Positions 1 through 9,634 of a stretch of DNA of 64,000 nucleotides are shown here, one piece after another; position 1 is the stretch's first letter, and each line of letters begins with the position of its first letter. The notes under the pieces are model-generated. The model saw only the letters and a list, made by a program, of their open reading frames with translations. It ran no database searches and was not told where the DNA came from. The stretch is taken from the sequence record NC_031120.1. The stretch is one strand, 5' to 3'. A program made the translations under genes and the position numbers.

Positions 1-465
1 ATCAGCAAACCAAACCATGATTTGGTTTTCACTGTCAGCTGGGTTCTCAACCTGGTTGGCAGCGACTTCATATTTCCAGCTTATCCAGCGTGGGAACCAA
101 TTACCGTTCATCTGGATCATTGCTCCAGTAGAAACGGCGCTGATGGTATTCTGATACTGCCCAACTAACAGACGTTGGAACTCGGTTTCGTCATTTTTGA
201 AATTACCCAGAATGGACTGATTGTAAATCCATTGGGTAAGTGCTAAAATGTGGTCGGTGAAACCCGCCGGAACTTTTACCTTCGTGGTATCACGGAGATA
301 CGTAAACGCAACGAGTTCAACCTGGAGGTTTGCTTTGGCGAAGTATTGTTTGTTCTTCGCGAAAGATTTGGACAGCTCAGACAATTCGCCGACAGGAGCT
401 ACTGCACCATCGGCGTTATTATCAGTCAGCGCTGCAATATTGATAAAGCCTTGAATATCTAACAT
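1..465 (-). CDS. Virion structural protein, partial (3' end runs off the window)
   Basis: Not in the ORF track because it has no stop in the window. Read manually: ATG at 465 with CGGAG RBS, 155 open codons MLDIQGFINIAALTDNNADGAVAPVGELSELSKSF...; N-terminus resembles phiKZ-like structural proteins (recall). Confidence 0.75.
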   Translation of the reverse strand, partial: MLDIQGFINIAALTDNNADGAVAPVGELSELSKSFAKNKQYFAKANLQVELVAFTYLRDTTKVKVPAGFTDHILALTQWIYNQSILGNFKNDETEFQRLLVGQYQNTISAVSTGAMIQMNGNWFPRWISWKYEVAANQVENPADSENQIMVWFAD

Positions 466-488
466 TATAAGAACACTCCGAGGTGAGC

Positions 489-980
489 ATGCTAGCTGGA
501 ATCATTAAACTACTTCCATTTCTACAATTGCTTCTGGAAGCCTTTAAGCCTGGCGACGGTGAGAAAGTCACCCGCGTTGGGAAAATTACTACACTCGCCT
601 TTGTTTTGCTGTTGACCTACTCGATGTTTGTTTCCTATGCATACGTGGTCCAGTACCACGCGTTGGTGCAGGTGCGTGAGCATGACCAATACATGGAGCG
701 TCAGTCCAACGACAAAGATAAAACTTTGCAGTTGCAAGCGGATGAACTTCGCGCGCTGTATGCACGTATCTTCGAGTGCCTTAGCAGTCGGCCACCATAT
801 GAAAGTGGGCACGACAAAGGCAAGTCGGATGTACCTGCTGCACCCGTAGCGGCTCCGGAAGCTCCTGTACATGCTTCGCCCACGCCCACGAAAAAGGAAT
901 CCGTGGCGAATAAACCTGTCGGCGCTGTCGACATGAATAAGTTCCGTATGGAGATTCTTAAAAATCTAAACGAGGAGTGA
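489..980 (+). CDS. Inner-membrane protein, candidate i-spanin (Rz-like)
   Basis: GAGG RBS before ATG 489; TM helix (ITTLAFVLLLTYSMFVSYAYVV) followed by coiled coil and Pro/Ala-rich linker; overlaps a lipoprotein gene by 4 nt. Confidence 0.55.
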   Translation: MLAGIIKLLPFLQLLLEAFKPGDGEKVTRVGKITTLAFVLLLTYSMFVSYAYVVQYHALVQVREHDQYMERQSNDKDKTLQLQADELRALYARIFECLSSRPPYESGHDKGKSDVPAAPVAAPEAPVHASPTPTKKESVANKPVGAVDMNKFRMEILKNLNEE

Positions 981-1453
981 TGATGAGAGCCCTGTTTCTC
1001 TGCTTGCCGTTTTTACTGGCGGCGTGCAGTGGCATGGTTTTAGAAGACAGAAAGAGCGCAAGCGCGGCCTCGGTATGGCCACTGCGTAATTTGGAGCCTC
1101 CTCCGACGTTGCAACCGGGGATTAGGTCTGCGGATGATCCAGGATTCCAGACCTACATCTCTGAAGTGAACGCGTATGCTTACTACGTGTTCGTCTACGC
1201 CCGGAACCTCAACGACTATGCTAAGATGCGCAATTGGCGAATCCCGCAACCGGCTCCCATTTGTGAACGTTTTGACATCAGTGGCTTGAACACCATTCCG
1301 ATTAAAGTAGATTTGGCCCCGTCCGCCCGAAGTCCACAAGACATCAGTCGTGACTTGGCCTCGCAATTGAAACGACTCCTCGGAAACTATCGTCAGGATA
1401 GGGCGACGTTTTCCCGAGCGCTTGAAGCACATTATGCCACATGCATTAACTAA
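977..1453 (+). CDS. Lipoprotein, candidate o-spanin (Rz1-like)
   Basis: Signal peptide II with lipobox LLAA-C at residue 17; Pro-rich periplasmic part; AGGAG RBS. Confidence 0.6.
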   Translation: MMMRALFLCLPFLLAACSGMVLEDRKSASAASVWPLRNLEPPPTLQPGIRSADDPGFQTYISEVNAYAYYVFVYARNLNDYAKMRNWRIPQPAPICERFDISGLNTIPIKVDLAPSARSPQDISRDLASQLKRLLGNYRQDRATFSRALEAHYATCIN

Positions 1454-1457
1454 CTGT

Positions 1458-1494
1458 ACTCCACTGCCTTCGGGTAGTGGAGTGCTTTATTTTT
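1458..1494 (+). terminator. Intrinsic terminator
   Basis: 11-bp stem ACTCCACTGCC/GGTAGTGGAGT, cTTCGg loop, T-tract. Confidence 0.8.
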
Positions 1495-1517
1495 ACAGCA
1501 CCAACCCTTCTAATGTA
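1491..1517 (+). promoter_or_regulatory. Putative middle promoter (TTTYACRGC-N12-WATGTA)
   Basis: Same bipartite motif and spacing at 9299 and 17765. Confidence 0.5.
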
Positions 1518-1540
1518 TACCCAATAAGGAGAGTTCCGAA

Positions 1541-2302
1541 ATGACAACTGATATTGTTCACACAGCTCAGCGTACCCCCTCCATTCATGAGGCGGCTCCC
1601 GTTCGCATTCCTAACATTGTTATCGGTGTTGATGGGGAAACCAAATCCATGCGTTCTGACGCCTACCTGATTGCTTTGGGGATGGCGGCCTGGGACGTAA
1701 CGACATTGCGCCTGATTGGCGCGTTCTACAAAACCATTGACCCGAACGACGAGAAGGCTAAAGCGCTGTTCCACGAAGACCCGGGCACTATGGCTTGGTG
1801 GCGTGGTGAAGGTGACAACCCGGCGTATGCACCGTCCCCCGAAGCGTTTAAAGAGGCGTTCTCTGGCACCGAGAAAATGCCGGAAGTGCTGTGGGGCGGT
1901 TACCGTTTCCTCGAAGAGTTTAAAACACAGCAGTGTACCTTGACTATGCGTGGACCAGACTTCGATCATCCGATTCTGATGAACGCCTATGCTCAGTGTG
2001 ATGTCCCGACCAGTCTCCTGCGTCGTTTCTCCATGCTGGACTCTGACCGTACCGCCGAACGTATCATGGCGGCGTTGGGGATGGAACCGTGTTATGAAGC
2101 CGAGTCTCACAACTGGACTCGTGGCAAAGAGGCGTATTTGCACCATGCAGGTTACGATGCGGCGCGTGAAGGTTATATCACGGCCCGTATGTATCACTTG
2201 GCGCTGATTGGTAAGCGTCACGGCTTTGAGCGTATGCTGGAAGCGCATCACCAAATCTGCACTGGCGAATACGCACCGATGGAATTTTTAAGAGAGGTAT
2301 AA
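1541..2302 (+). CDS. DEDDh 3'-5' exonuclease (DnaQ-like fold)
   Basis: Motif I VDGET, motif II RGPDFDHPIL, motif III HHAGYDA. Confidence 0.8.
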   Translation: MTTDIVHTAQRTPSIHEAAPVRIPNIVIGVDGETKSMRSDAYLIALGMAAWDVTTLRLIGAFYKTIDPNDEKAKALFHEDPGTMAWWRGEGDNPAYAPSPEAFKEAFSGTEKMPEVLWGGYRFLEEFKTQQCTLTMRGPDFDHPILMNAYAQCDVPTSLLRRFSMLDSDRTAERIMAALGMEPCYEAESHNWTRGKEAYLHHAGYDAAREGYITARMYHLALIGKRHGFERMLEAHHQICTGEYAPMEFLREV

Positions 2303-3828
2303 TGGACATCCAAGATGTAGATGTTGCAGTCATCTACACCGATGGCAGTCACCTGATGACCCCGCCCGGTACCGGCGCGGGGATTCACGGGTATCTGTTT
2401 AATCACGGTGTGTTAGAAGATTCGATGGCGTACCGTTATAACGGCGCGACCGAGCACGTTACTGTTACCGGATACAAGAAGTTTCCGCAGGATGTCAAAG
2501 TCCCGGACGTACCCGATGCGGTGAGGTTCGTTGATGCGTTTATTCCGGTGCAGTCACACTTCTGGTCAGACGTAGCTGAGCTGACGGCGTTTATTGCGCT
2601 GTTTGAATCGGCCCCGTTCCGGGCTAAGAACTATATCGTCTACGTCGATGCGTCCTATCTGGTTAATGCCTGGAATCTGTGGATTGATAACTGGAAGAAG
2701 CGCGGTTGGACAAAGGCTGACGGTAGCCCGATCGGCAACCGGGATCTGATTGTCAAAATTGACGAGATTAAGACCCGGATGCACAAAGAAGGTCGCAGTG
2801 TCAAAGTGGTCAAGATCAAAGGCCACGCGGGCTTCTACGGCAACGAGCGCGCTGACCAGTTAGCCGGGAAAGCCTCGGCCATGGTTGCAGCGGGGATGGG
2901 GATCGAATACCGTCCTTATTGGTCGGAAGAAGAACTGCCGGAGGAGTTGTCCATTGCCGAAGAGGTGAAATCCTTAGCGGCGGGCATCACCAACTTCCCA
3001 GCATTGACCAACACGGTCAAGTTCTGCTACCCGATGGTGAACGAACCCCACCCTACCGTCAAAGTCAACGGCGAAGTGTGGAAGTACATGTTCGCGGGCA
3101 ACCACGCAAAGAACAAGGACGATATCGTCTTTATCGGGAAGATGATTCCCGATGCCCAGTTTGCGGTGTTCTTTAATCAGGAAGGTTGGGACAACATCTA
3201 TACGCTGGTCAATACGCATTGTGACCGGGCATGGGATGGGGTACCGCGGTTATCGCAGTGGGACCCGGTGGCGATTGTCTACAACGACTTTATCAAACGT
3301 AAGAAGTTTGTTGAAGCCGCCAAAGACGGTTTGCCGTTAGACCACATGCCGCTCAGCGAAGACCGGAACGTGTGCATGTACGACGACCTGCTGATTACCC
3401 GTTTACTGCGGCCTGCATTGCTCTCGTATCGCGCACTGGAGATTCGTGATGAACTGGCGGGCTGGTTACGTGATGCGATGGAAGGGCATGCGAGTGTGGT
3501 GCTGAACGACATTACCGATTTGCTGTTCGATGAGAACGGGAAACCGCGTAAAGACTTCTACCGTACCGTTGACCGTTCGTTCTCGGCTAAAGTGGGTTAT
3601 GCGGATTCAGAGAACACCATTCCGGTGATTCTGACTCGCGGTACTGACTTGCCGGGCCGTACTGAGATTAACCGTATCAAAGAACCGACGGGGCGTTTCT
3701 ACGTGGCTACACGTCGTACGCAGGAACGTTGCGTGGAATACGCGGTGGTCTATCTTGGTGAGCAGCATCACGGACTGTGGTGTGGCTATTACGCCAACAA
3801 ACGCATCTTGCAGGAGAGCGAAGTATGA
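2302..3828 (+). CDS. rnhA: Ribonuclease HI with long C-terminal extension (phiKZ gp155-like)
   Basis: IYTDGS, AELTA, VYVDASYLVN..NLWIDNWKKRGWTKADG.PIGNRDL, IKGHAGFYGNERADQLA motifs. Confidence 0.92.
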   Translation: MDIQDVDVAVIYTDGSHLMTPPGTGAGIHGYLFNHGVLEDSMAYRYNGATEHVTVTGYKKFPQDVKVPDVPDAVRFVDAFIPVQSHFWSDVAELTAFIALFESAPFRAKNYIVYVDASYLVNAWNLWIDNWKKRGWTKADGSPIGNRDLIVKIDEIKTRMHKEGRSVKVVKIKGHAGFYGNERADQLAGKASAMVAAGMGIEYRPYWSEEELPEELSIAEEVKSLAAGITNFPALTNTVKFCYPMVNEPHPTVKVNGEVWKYMFAGNHAKNKDDIVFIGKMIPDAQFAVFFNQEGWDNIYTLVNTHCDRAWDGVPRLSQWDPVAIVYNDFIKRKKFVEAAKDGLPLDHMPLSEDRNVCMYDDLLITRLLRPALLSYRALEIRDELAGWLRDAMEGHASVVLNDITDLLFDENGKPRKDFYRTVDRSFSAKVGYADSENTIPVILTRGTDLPGRTEINRIKEPTGRFYVATRRTQERCVEYAVVYLGEQHHGLWCGYYANKRILQESEV

Positions 3829-4583
3829 TAAAACTTATCAGCGAAACGTTAACGCTGCACAGCCAGACGCTGATAAAAGCCATGGAAGAGTACGCGTACA
3901 AAACCTGGGTGACGAATTCGGGGGAGTGTGGCATCAGCAATGTCATTCCTGAATTCGACCATGCTGCCGTCAGCCGCGAAGGGATGACGGCCGTTGTAGC
4001 ACGGTTGATTGTTGACGCATGTGCCGCGCTCAATGCAAAGTACGATTACTTCTACCGTCCCGAGGTGGAACTCCCGCAGATCCCGACTGCGAAATACAAA
4101 GCGTGGCGTGAGTCGGGTAACGCGGGGATGTTCACGATTGCGGAGATGTATGATGCTCACTGCCGTGAACTGAAATTCTCGCCTCTGCTGGAAGGGGCCA
4201 TCAAATGGTACACCACCCGCTTTGTGGATGAGATGTACCGTTTGGGCCACTTGGATGAAAACGAACCCGGTTGGGATAATGACACAGTGCTCTACATTGA
4301 CTGGGAAACCCTTACCCGTCAATTGTTAGAAGGCCGGGTGGTAATCCCGATGTTGTGCCATAAAGACTACGAGTGGAAGGCCGAAGCAGACAACATCGAT
4401 CAGATGCGGAAAACTATCGCGGAGACACCGTACGGGTTCTTATTCCAGAATGACTCGGTTGTCATGTACGACTACGCAGGTCGCTATATCCTGAGTGAGG
4501 AGGACCAGGATTCCGACGAAGACCCCGGTGTTGAGTTGTATGCCTTAAAGCCTGAGGTGATAGAGCAACTCAAAAATCTCTGA
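3825..4583 (+). CDS. Hypothetical protein
   Basis: ATG 3825 with GGAG RBS overlapping the rnhA stop; 252 aa. Confidence 0.8.
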   Translation: MIKLISETLTLHSQTLIKAMEEYAYKTWVTNSGECGISNVIPEFDHAAVSREGMTAVVARLIVDACAALNAKYDYFYRPEVELPQIPTAKYKAWRESGNAGMFTIAEMYDAHCRELKFSPLLEGAIKWYTTRFVDEMYRLGHLDENEPGWDNDTVLYIDWETLTRQLLEGRVVIPMLCHKDYEWKAEADNIDQMRKTIAETPYGFLFQNDSVVMYDYAGRYILSEEDQDSDEDPGVELYALKPEVIEQLKNL

Positions 4584-4603
4584 GATAGATATTATCTTAG
4601 TGA
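4582..4603 (+). promoter_or_regulatory. Putative early (virion RNAP) promoter
   Basis: GAGAT-AGATATTATCTTAGTGA; 5 near-identical intergenic copies in the window. Confidence 0.7.
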
Positions 4604-4624
4604 TGAGCCAGTAAGGAGTATCAA

Positions 4625-5362
4625 ATGCTTACCATAGAGGTACCGGAACTCCGCCGGTACAATCAGGATTTCTTCCGTCAGCTGTTCGATAAGCTGTGGC
4701 CCGGTTTTCAAATCGGGCATCTTGGTGAGGGTTTTCACGACAGGCACATCATCGATGTCTTCTTTGTGGATAGCGTGTCGCTTCTCATGGACACGTTTAG
4801 CCACTCTGTGGACGAGGTGGTGCAGGCTGCGAACCTTCGTCGTCCGTTTGATTTGGACTACGTGATATTCGACCACAACGATTACATGGACACGTACTCG
4901 TTTGAAGACCCCGAACTGCCCTGCGATAAACGGGAGCATTTCGAGGGTCTTATGTTTGAATTTTTTAACTATCTCGTCGAGACCTTGCAGGAAGAAGAGT
5001 TCATGGCGGCGATTACCGCCGATCTGACGAAGGTGTGGAATAGCATCGCCCCCATTGTCGGCACCCACGGTATTGTCGGTTTCTGGTACGAAGCGTACCT
5101 CGGGGCCAACAACATGTGGATGGATGGCGATAAAATCTACGGCATTCAGGAATCCGACTACGCGGTTATTTATACCGGGGTGTGGGATGGTGTCAGTGCG
5201 GACACGGTGTTCTACCAGATGTCCGAAGACGCTGACCAGGAATTTTATCTGTATCACGGCTGTTTAGTACAGGCGAGCTATGCCAATGACATCCTTCAAC
5301 GGGGTGAAGTGGTGACGCTCTGTCGACTCACTGATAATACCATTAAACTTTTAGACAAGTAA
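4625..5362 (+). CDS. Hypothetical acidic protein
   Basis: AAGGAG RBS, 245 aa, directly downstream of early motif. Confidence 0.85.
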   Translation: MLTIEVPELRRYNQDFFRQLFDKLWPGFQIGHLGEGFHDRHIIDVFFVDSVSLLMDTFSHSVDEVVQAANLRRPFDLDYVIFDHNDYMDTYSFEDPELPCDKREHFEGLMFEFFNYLVETLQEEEFMAAITADLTKVWNSIAPIVGTHGIVGFWYEAYLGANNMWMDGDKIYGIQESDYAVIYTGVWDGVSADTVFYQMSEDADQEFYLYHGCLVQASYANDILQRGEVVTLCRLTDNTIKLLDK

Positions 5363-5371
5363 GGAGCATCT

Positions 5372-5746
5372 ATGAACATTTTAGAAACCGTTGGTAAATA
5401 CGCAGCTGACTTTAACAACCCCGGTGTGATGTTGGTTTACGTTCCGCGGGAACTGAACCTGGACGGCGGCGGTGTTCAAACACCGGGTATTTTTGATGTC
5501 TCGGGCGATAATCAATTCGATCGTACTCGTTTGCGTCAAATTCGTGCGGAAGCGATGGAAGCTAATCAACTGCGCATCCTGTTCGTTGCCAGTATGGGAG
5601 TGCCGGGCGACTTTACGCCACTGGATCAGGAAGTGGATGTCACGCTGTCAGTAGAGTTTGGTGTCAGTGCCGGTTGGGTCAAGGTTATCAAATTCCGTAG
5701 TGTGGAAGAGAAGCCGAAAGACACCGCATTCATCTACGAGGCGTAA
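5372..5746 (+). CDS. Hypothetical protein
   Basis: AAGGAG RBS, 124 aa, operon packing. Confidence 0.8.
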   Translation: MNILETVGKYAADFNNPGVMLVYVPRELNLDGGGVQTPGIFDVSGDNQFDRTRLRQIRAEAMEANQLRILFVASMGVPGDFTPLDQEVDVTLSVEFGVSAGWVKVIKFRSVEEKPKDTAFIYEA

Positions 5747-5748
5747 CC

Positions 5749-6585
5749 ATGAAACGTGCACGATTGCATTTACTGTCAGGGCTGCACAACCACCTCCAGC
5801 ACCTTGCAGGGCCAAAGTACCAGAACGCGGCGAAAGTCGCGTATTTGGTTATGGCGCGAGAGATAGCCAAATTGTATCTCCCGGACGCGCACGCCGAAAT
5901 CTATCACCTGCTGACCGCCAGGTTGTGGGAGATCGAACAGTCCGCGAAAGGACACGCCCGCATGGCTCCGATGGAGTACCGCGACGCGTGGTTGTGTCAG
6001 GACTTGCGCGACAGCGGCTGTATGGCCGACTGTGAGAAGGCGGTAGAGTTGGTATCGCGGGTTTGTGGTATGTACGACTGGGCTAAACGTTGGCGCAGGC
6101 GCAAAGACTTGGACTCAAACTTGAGTGTGAACGTCGGGATGCTGGGCACGCTGTATGAAGTAGCCAACTTTTTCGATGCGTACATCACATTTGCCCGCGA
6201 TGAAGATCTGCTGAACTACACGATGTGGTTCGGTGGGGACATGAGTGATGGGGATGAGAAGTTCTACGTGCGTTACTTCCACGATATCGGGGAAGATGAA
6301 GAGTACGAAGCGCTACTCAAAGAGTTCCCAGCCAACGGACTGCCGCACAAATACATGTGGCGACACGACCATGCACCTTGCACGCCTATCACTGGCCAGC
6401 CCCGTTACAAGAACATTTCGATTCTCGATTTGGACGCGTACGGGAAGCACTGTATCAACAAACTCTCCAAAGGGGACGAGTTATGCGTTGTGTTTACAGC
6501 CACGCACTCATGCGATTACAAGTCGCGTATGGTCGTATCCAGGTTCATGGAGGACTCGGCACAATCGGGGGATGGGAATACCTGA
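5749..6585 (+). CDS. Hypothetical protein
   Basis: 278 aa, operon packing. Confidence 0.75.
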   Translation: MKRARLHLLSGLHNHLQHLAGPKYQNAAKVAYLVMAREIAKLYLPDAHAEIYHLLTARLWEIEQSAKGHARMAPMEYRDAWLCQDLRDSGCMADCEKAVELVSRVCGMYDWAKRWRRRKDLDSNLSVNVGMLGTLYEVANFFDAYITFARDEDLLNYTMWFGGDMSDGDEKFYVRYFHDIGEDEEYEALLKEFPANGLPHKYMWRHDHAPCTPITGQPRYKNISILDLDAYGKHCINKLSKGDELCVVFTATHSCDYKSRMVVSRFMEDSAQSGDGNT

Positions 6586-6947
6586 TGTTGGCGACCCTCG
6601 TGATGGAGTGTGCTAAACGTGGGTTTATCTTACCGAGTGTACGTCAACACCATCATGTCGTGTCTATCCTGCGTGAAAAGTACGGACCGATGTTCGATCA
6701 CAAGCAGGGTAGTTTTAAACGTATCCATGACATGGTACGAGACCATTTATCCGAAGTCATTTACGAACTCCGTACAGAGCTTCGCATGATTCTGGATACC
6801 CACAACCTGACCCAGACCGATTTGTATTACTCGCCTGCCGACCTTGTGCAGTGTCGATACCACATCCGGTCTGTAGAAGATACCACTATTGATGCTTTGG
6901 CATTAAGGACTAGCGATGCAGTTAATTCTCGATTTCTCACTCTCTGA
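6585..6947 (+). CDS. Hypothetical protein
   Basis: TGATG coupling with upstream stop; start moved from 6357. Confidence 0.7.
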   Translation: MLATLVMECAKRGFILPSVRQHHHVVSILREKYGPMFDHKQGSFKRIHDMVRDHLSEVIYELRTELRMILDTHNLTQTDLYYSPADLVQCRYHIRSVEDTTIDALALRTSDAVNSRFLTL

Positions 6948-7461
6948 TTCTCGTGTGGCGTTAGAGAAAGCACTGGGCGGTATGAAAAGTGAGCTGACCT
7001 TCGAAATCGCGGAAGCGGTCTCGCAGTACGAGCTGAATAAGCAGAAGGAAACCGGTAAGCCGCACTACCTGGTGGAAGCAGACGGCGTAACCGAAACCAC
7101 CATCAGTTACATCACCGACCGTTTGCGGAACATCTTGCAACACCCGCACCGGATACCGTTCCTGTGCTACGAATCCATTGAAGAGATTCTGGCGCTTATC
7201 CAATCAGGCTTTGAGTCGGCGTCACTGGCGCTGGATGAAATCTCTACCATCAATCTCAACGAAGTGTATGTCTCTATCCCACGCGAGTGTGATGAGGCAT
7301 CCAACACTTTTGAGATGGTCGGGCTGTCAGAGTTGTTTGACCAGCCGAACATCGACAAGATGGAAGACATCATCCTGAAGACCCAAAAGCAAGTCATCCA
7401 GATTTGCCGTAACGAACTGGCTTACAACCTGGAGTGCATGCAAAAGGCAACCAGCTTATGA
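6916..7461 (+). CDS. Hypothetical acidic protein
   Basis: AAGGA RBS, 181 aa. Confidence 0.75.
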   Translation: MQLILDFSLSDSRVALEKALGGMKSELTFEIAEAVSQYELNKQKETGKPHYLVEADGVTETTISYITDRLRNILQHPHRIPFLCYESIEEILALIQSGFESASLALDEISTINLNEVYVSIPRECDEASNTFEMVGLSELFDQPNIDKMEDIILKTQKQVIQICRNELAYNLECMQKATSL

Positions 7462-7982
7462 AGATTGCGATCAATCTGACCCCTGACGGCGGGGAAGATT
7501 TATGGAAGCAGCTTTTGGGTGATTTGTTCACCCATTACACGCCGGTGGTGGATAAGTTCATTTACAATGGGAAAGATTCCGATGTGAACTATTCCGCCGC
7601 TGTGCTGCTACAAATGATCGACCCACTCTATTCGCCGCTGAGTGATTTGTCAAAGGCGTTACTCGTGTTTGTGTTTGATGAGTCCGACAATCATGCCGGG
7701 ATTATCGAAGCAAACATCGAGCAGTTTACGTTGGATAACCGCGTGCAGGATACACTAGCGGCAATACGTCAAGGTATCTTTAGTAGCCGCGTTCTTATTG
7801 ATGACGAAACACTCGAGGCGTATGATGTTGAGCAACGTCAGGCGTTTTACGAACACGTTGAAAACCGGGTGATGGAACTCATCAAGACGCTGTACGACAA
7901 AGCGTTTGGCGATGTCGATGAAATCACATTCCGATTCTCGAAGGAGAAGAAGCATGAAGGTAGTCTTCCACCTCAGTCATGA
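7458..7982 (+). CDS. Hypothetical acidic protein
   Basis: ATGA overlap with previous stop. Confidence 0.75.
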   Translation: MKIAINLTPDGGEDLWKQLLGDLFTHYTPVVDKFIYNGKDSDVNYSAAVLLQMIDPLYSPLSDLSKALLVFVFDESDNHAGIIEANIEQFTLDNRVQDTLAAIRQGIFSSRVLIDDETLEAYDVEQRQAFYEHVENRVMELIKTLYDKAFGDVDEITFRFSKEKKHEGSLPPQS

Positions 7983-8457
7983 GGAATTCCGTAAGCTGTT
8001 TATCGAGACTCATGACTCGATTGAGTTAAACCTGGCAGCATTACTGACTACCGCGTTACCTGAACAGTATAAGGACGAAGCGGTTTACCTTATGTCTGTT
8101 GAGATGGCGCGGGTGCGGGTTATCATGGAAACGTTGGCGGATAACATCGCGGTCATTGAGTTTGACTCCGAACTGGAAGATGCCAAAGAGAATGGGAAAT
8201 ACTCTGAACTGGTATTCGGTGGTGGCGAAGAACTGATTAAGGCGTTCTATTTCGACGAACGCGAGTATCCGAACATAGCTGACAATCCGGAAGAGACAGA
8301 ACGTTTACGCGCGATTTACGACGCGTTGGACAAAGAGAAGATGAAGAACGAGTGGCCGAAGATTGTGGCAATTGCCATGTCTCGATTGGCGCACGAAGTC
8401 TATCGTCAGATTTGTTCCCACATTCGTACGCATGCGATACGTTTTGTGAAAAAATAA
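7954..8457 (+). CDS. Hypothetical acidic protein
   Basis: AAGGAG RBS before ATG 7954; last gene before terminator. Confidence 0.75.
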   Translation: MKVVFHLSHEEFRKLFIETHDSIELNLAALLTTALPEQYKDEAVYLMSVEMARVRVIMETLADNIAVIEFDSELEDAKENGKYSELVFGGGEELIKAFYFDEREYPNIADNPEETERLRAIYDALDKEKMKNEWPKIVAIAMSRLAHEVYRQICSHIRTHAIRFVKK

Positions 8458-8462
8458 ATAAA

Positions 8463-8497
8463 GACTACCACCCCAACGGGTGGTAGTTCTTTTTTTT
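8463..8497. terminator. Bidirectional intrinsic terminator
   Basis: ACTACCACCC/GGGTGGTAGT stem flanked by A- and T-tracts between convergent genes. Confidence 0.8.
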
Positions 8498-9254
8498 ATC
8501 TTTTGCTTTCAGAAAGCTGCTTCAACTGATGCGAGGTTTCTTCCATCGCGTTGATGAGTTCGTTAATCTGCTTCATGAACAGACCGAACAGCTCCACCCA
8601 GTCAGAGGCCATATCGACCATCTTGATAATCTCCCCGGCTGTGGTCGGGTGAATCTGGGTATCGCTGATGATATCAACGCTGACACCGATAGTTTCAATG
8701 TTGCGGTTGATGTTCTTCTTCAGCTTTTTAGTCAGCTCAGTGTGCAGGGCTTTTGCCCGGGCCAGTACCGACTCGATATCACCGGCATTGTGATAAACCT
8801 TTTCCAGCGGACGGTGGTCAGTAGACGTTGTCGTGTAAGACGAGGCCAGCTTTTTCACCAGGTCCTGTGGGTCGACGGTCTTCAGCGGATAACGGAAGTC
8901 TTTGTAGCGGAACGTGCCCGGTACAGACAAATCACCTTTCGCATGGGTAAAGGCTGCCAGCTGAGCCGTCACCGGGTCCAGCACACCCGACACGATATCT
9001 TGCAGTACGGACCACACGGACTCCAGGCGCTGAACGTGGTCAATCATGTAGACGTTCAAACCCGGCGGAACCGGTACCAACATACCACGGAAATTCATAA
9101 ACTTTTCTTTGCGCATCCAACGCGCCAGTTCACCGGCTTCTTCCACCGTTGCGACCGCTTCGGTCACTTTCTGATTGTCGGTCATTACGCCCGGCAGAAT
9201 CGTTGACACTTTCGAGGCAAAAGACGAAAGCGCAGCAATAGGGTTCAGGTTCAT
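8496..9254 (-). CDS. Probable virion protein (late gene)
   Basis: GAGG RBS before ATG 9254; preceded by the same CTTAGTATG motif as the tail sheath gene. Confidence 0.7.
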   Translation of the reverse strand: MNLNPIAALSSFASKVSTILPGVMTDNQKVTEAVATVEEAGELARWMRKEKFMNFRGMLVPVPPGLNVYMIDHVQRLESVWSVLQDIVSGVLDPVTAQLAAFTHAKGDLSVPGTFRYKDFRYPLKTVDPQDLVKKLASSYTTTSTDHRPLEKVYHNAGDIESVLARAKALHTELTKKLKKNINRNIETIGVSVDIISDTQIHPTTAGEIIKMVDMASDWVELFGLFMKQINELINAMEETSHQLKQLSESKR

Positions 9255-9286
9255 TTTCACCTCGAGGAATATAAAGGAAGGGGCTA

Positions 9287-9295
9287 CATACTAAG
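9287..9295 (-). promoter_or_regulatory. Putative late promoter CTTAGTATG
   Basis: Identical 9-mer upstream of sheath gene; contains the TATG late-promoter core known for phiKZ-like nvRNAP. Confidence 0.6.
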
Positions 9296-9298
9296 TCT

Positions 9299-9325
9299 TT
9301 TTACGGCTATACCCTGTGTTATGTA
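9299..9325 (+). promoter_or_regulatory. Putative middle promoter
   Basis: TTTTACGGC-N12-TATGTA upstream of the uvsX operon. Confidence 0.55.
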
Positions 9326-9349
9326 GACGTCCAACTGAGGTAATTAAGA

Positions 9350-9619
9350 ATGGAATTGAAAATGTTCACCCGCTCGTTAGGCGGGAAAGTTGAGAAAGAA
9401 ATTTATACCAGCCCATCCAAACGTGTTGATGGTAAGATTCTGGAAGTCGGTAAAATTATCGACATTACTCCCCAGCCTGATGGGCGTCGACTGGTGACTA
9501 TCGAAATCGACGATCGTAACAAAAACCGCTTCCGCAATCTGGGAGACGAAGAGTGGGTTGAAAACCACTTCGAAGTTTTCCACGGCCGTCGTCTGCTGTT
9601 ACCTATCAAAAAACGTTAA
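9350..9619 (+). CDS. Hypothetical protein
   Basis: GAGG RBS, 89 aa. Confidence 0.75.
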   Translation: MELKMFTRSLGGKVEKEIYTSPSKRVDGKILEVGKIIDITPQPDGRRLVTIEIDDRNKNRFRNLGDEEWVENHFEVFHGRRLLLPIKKR

Positions 9620-9634
9620 TAAACGGAGCGCTAA

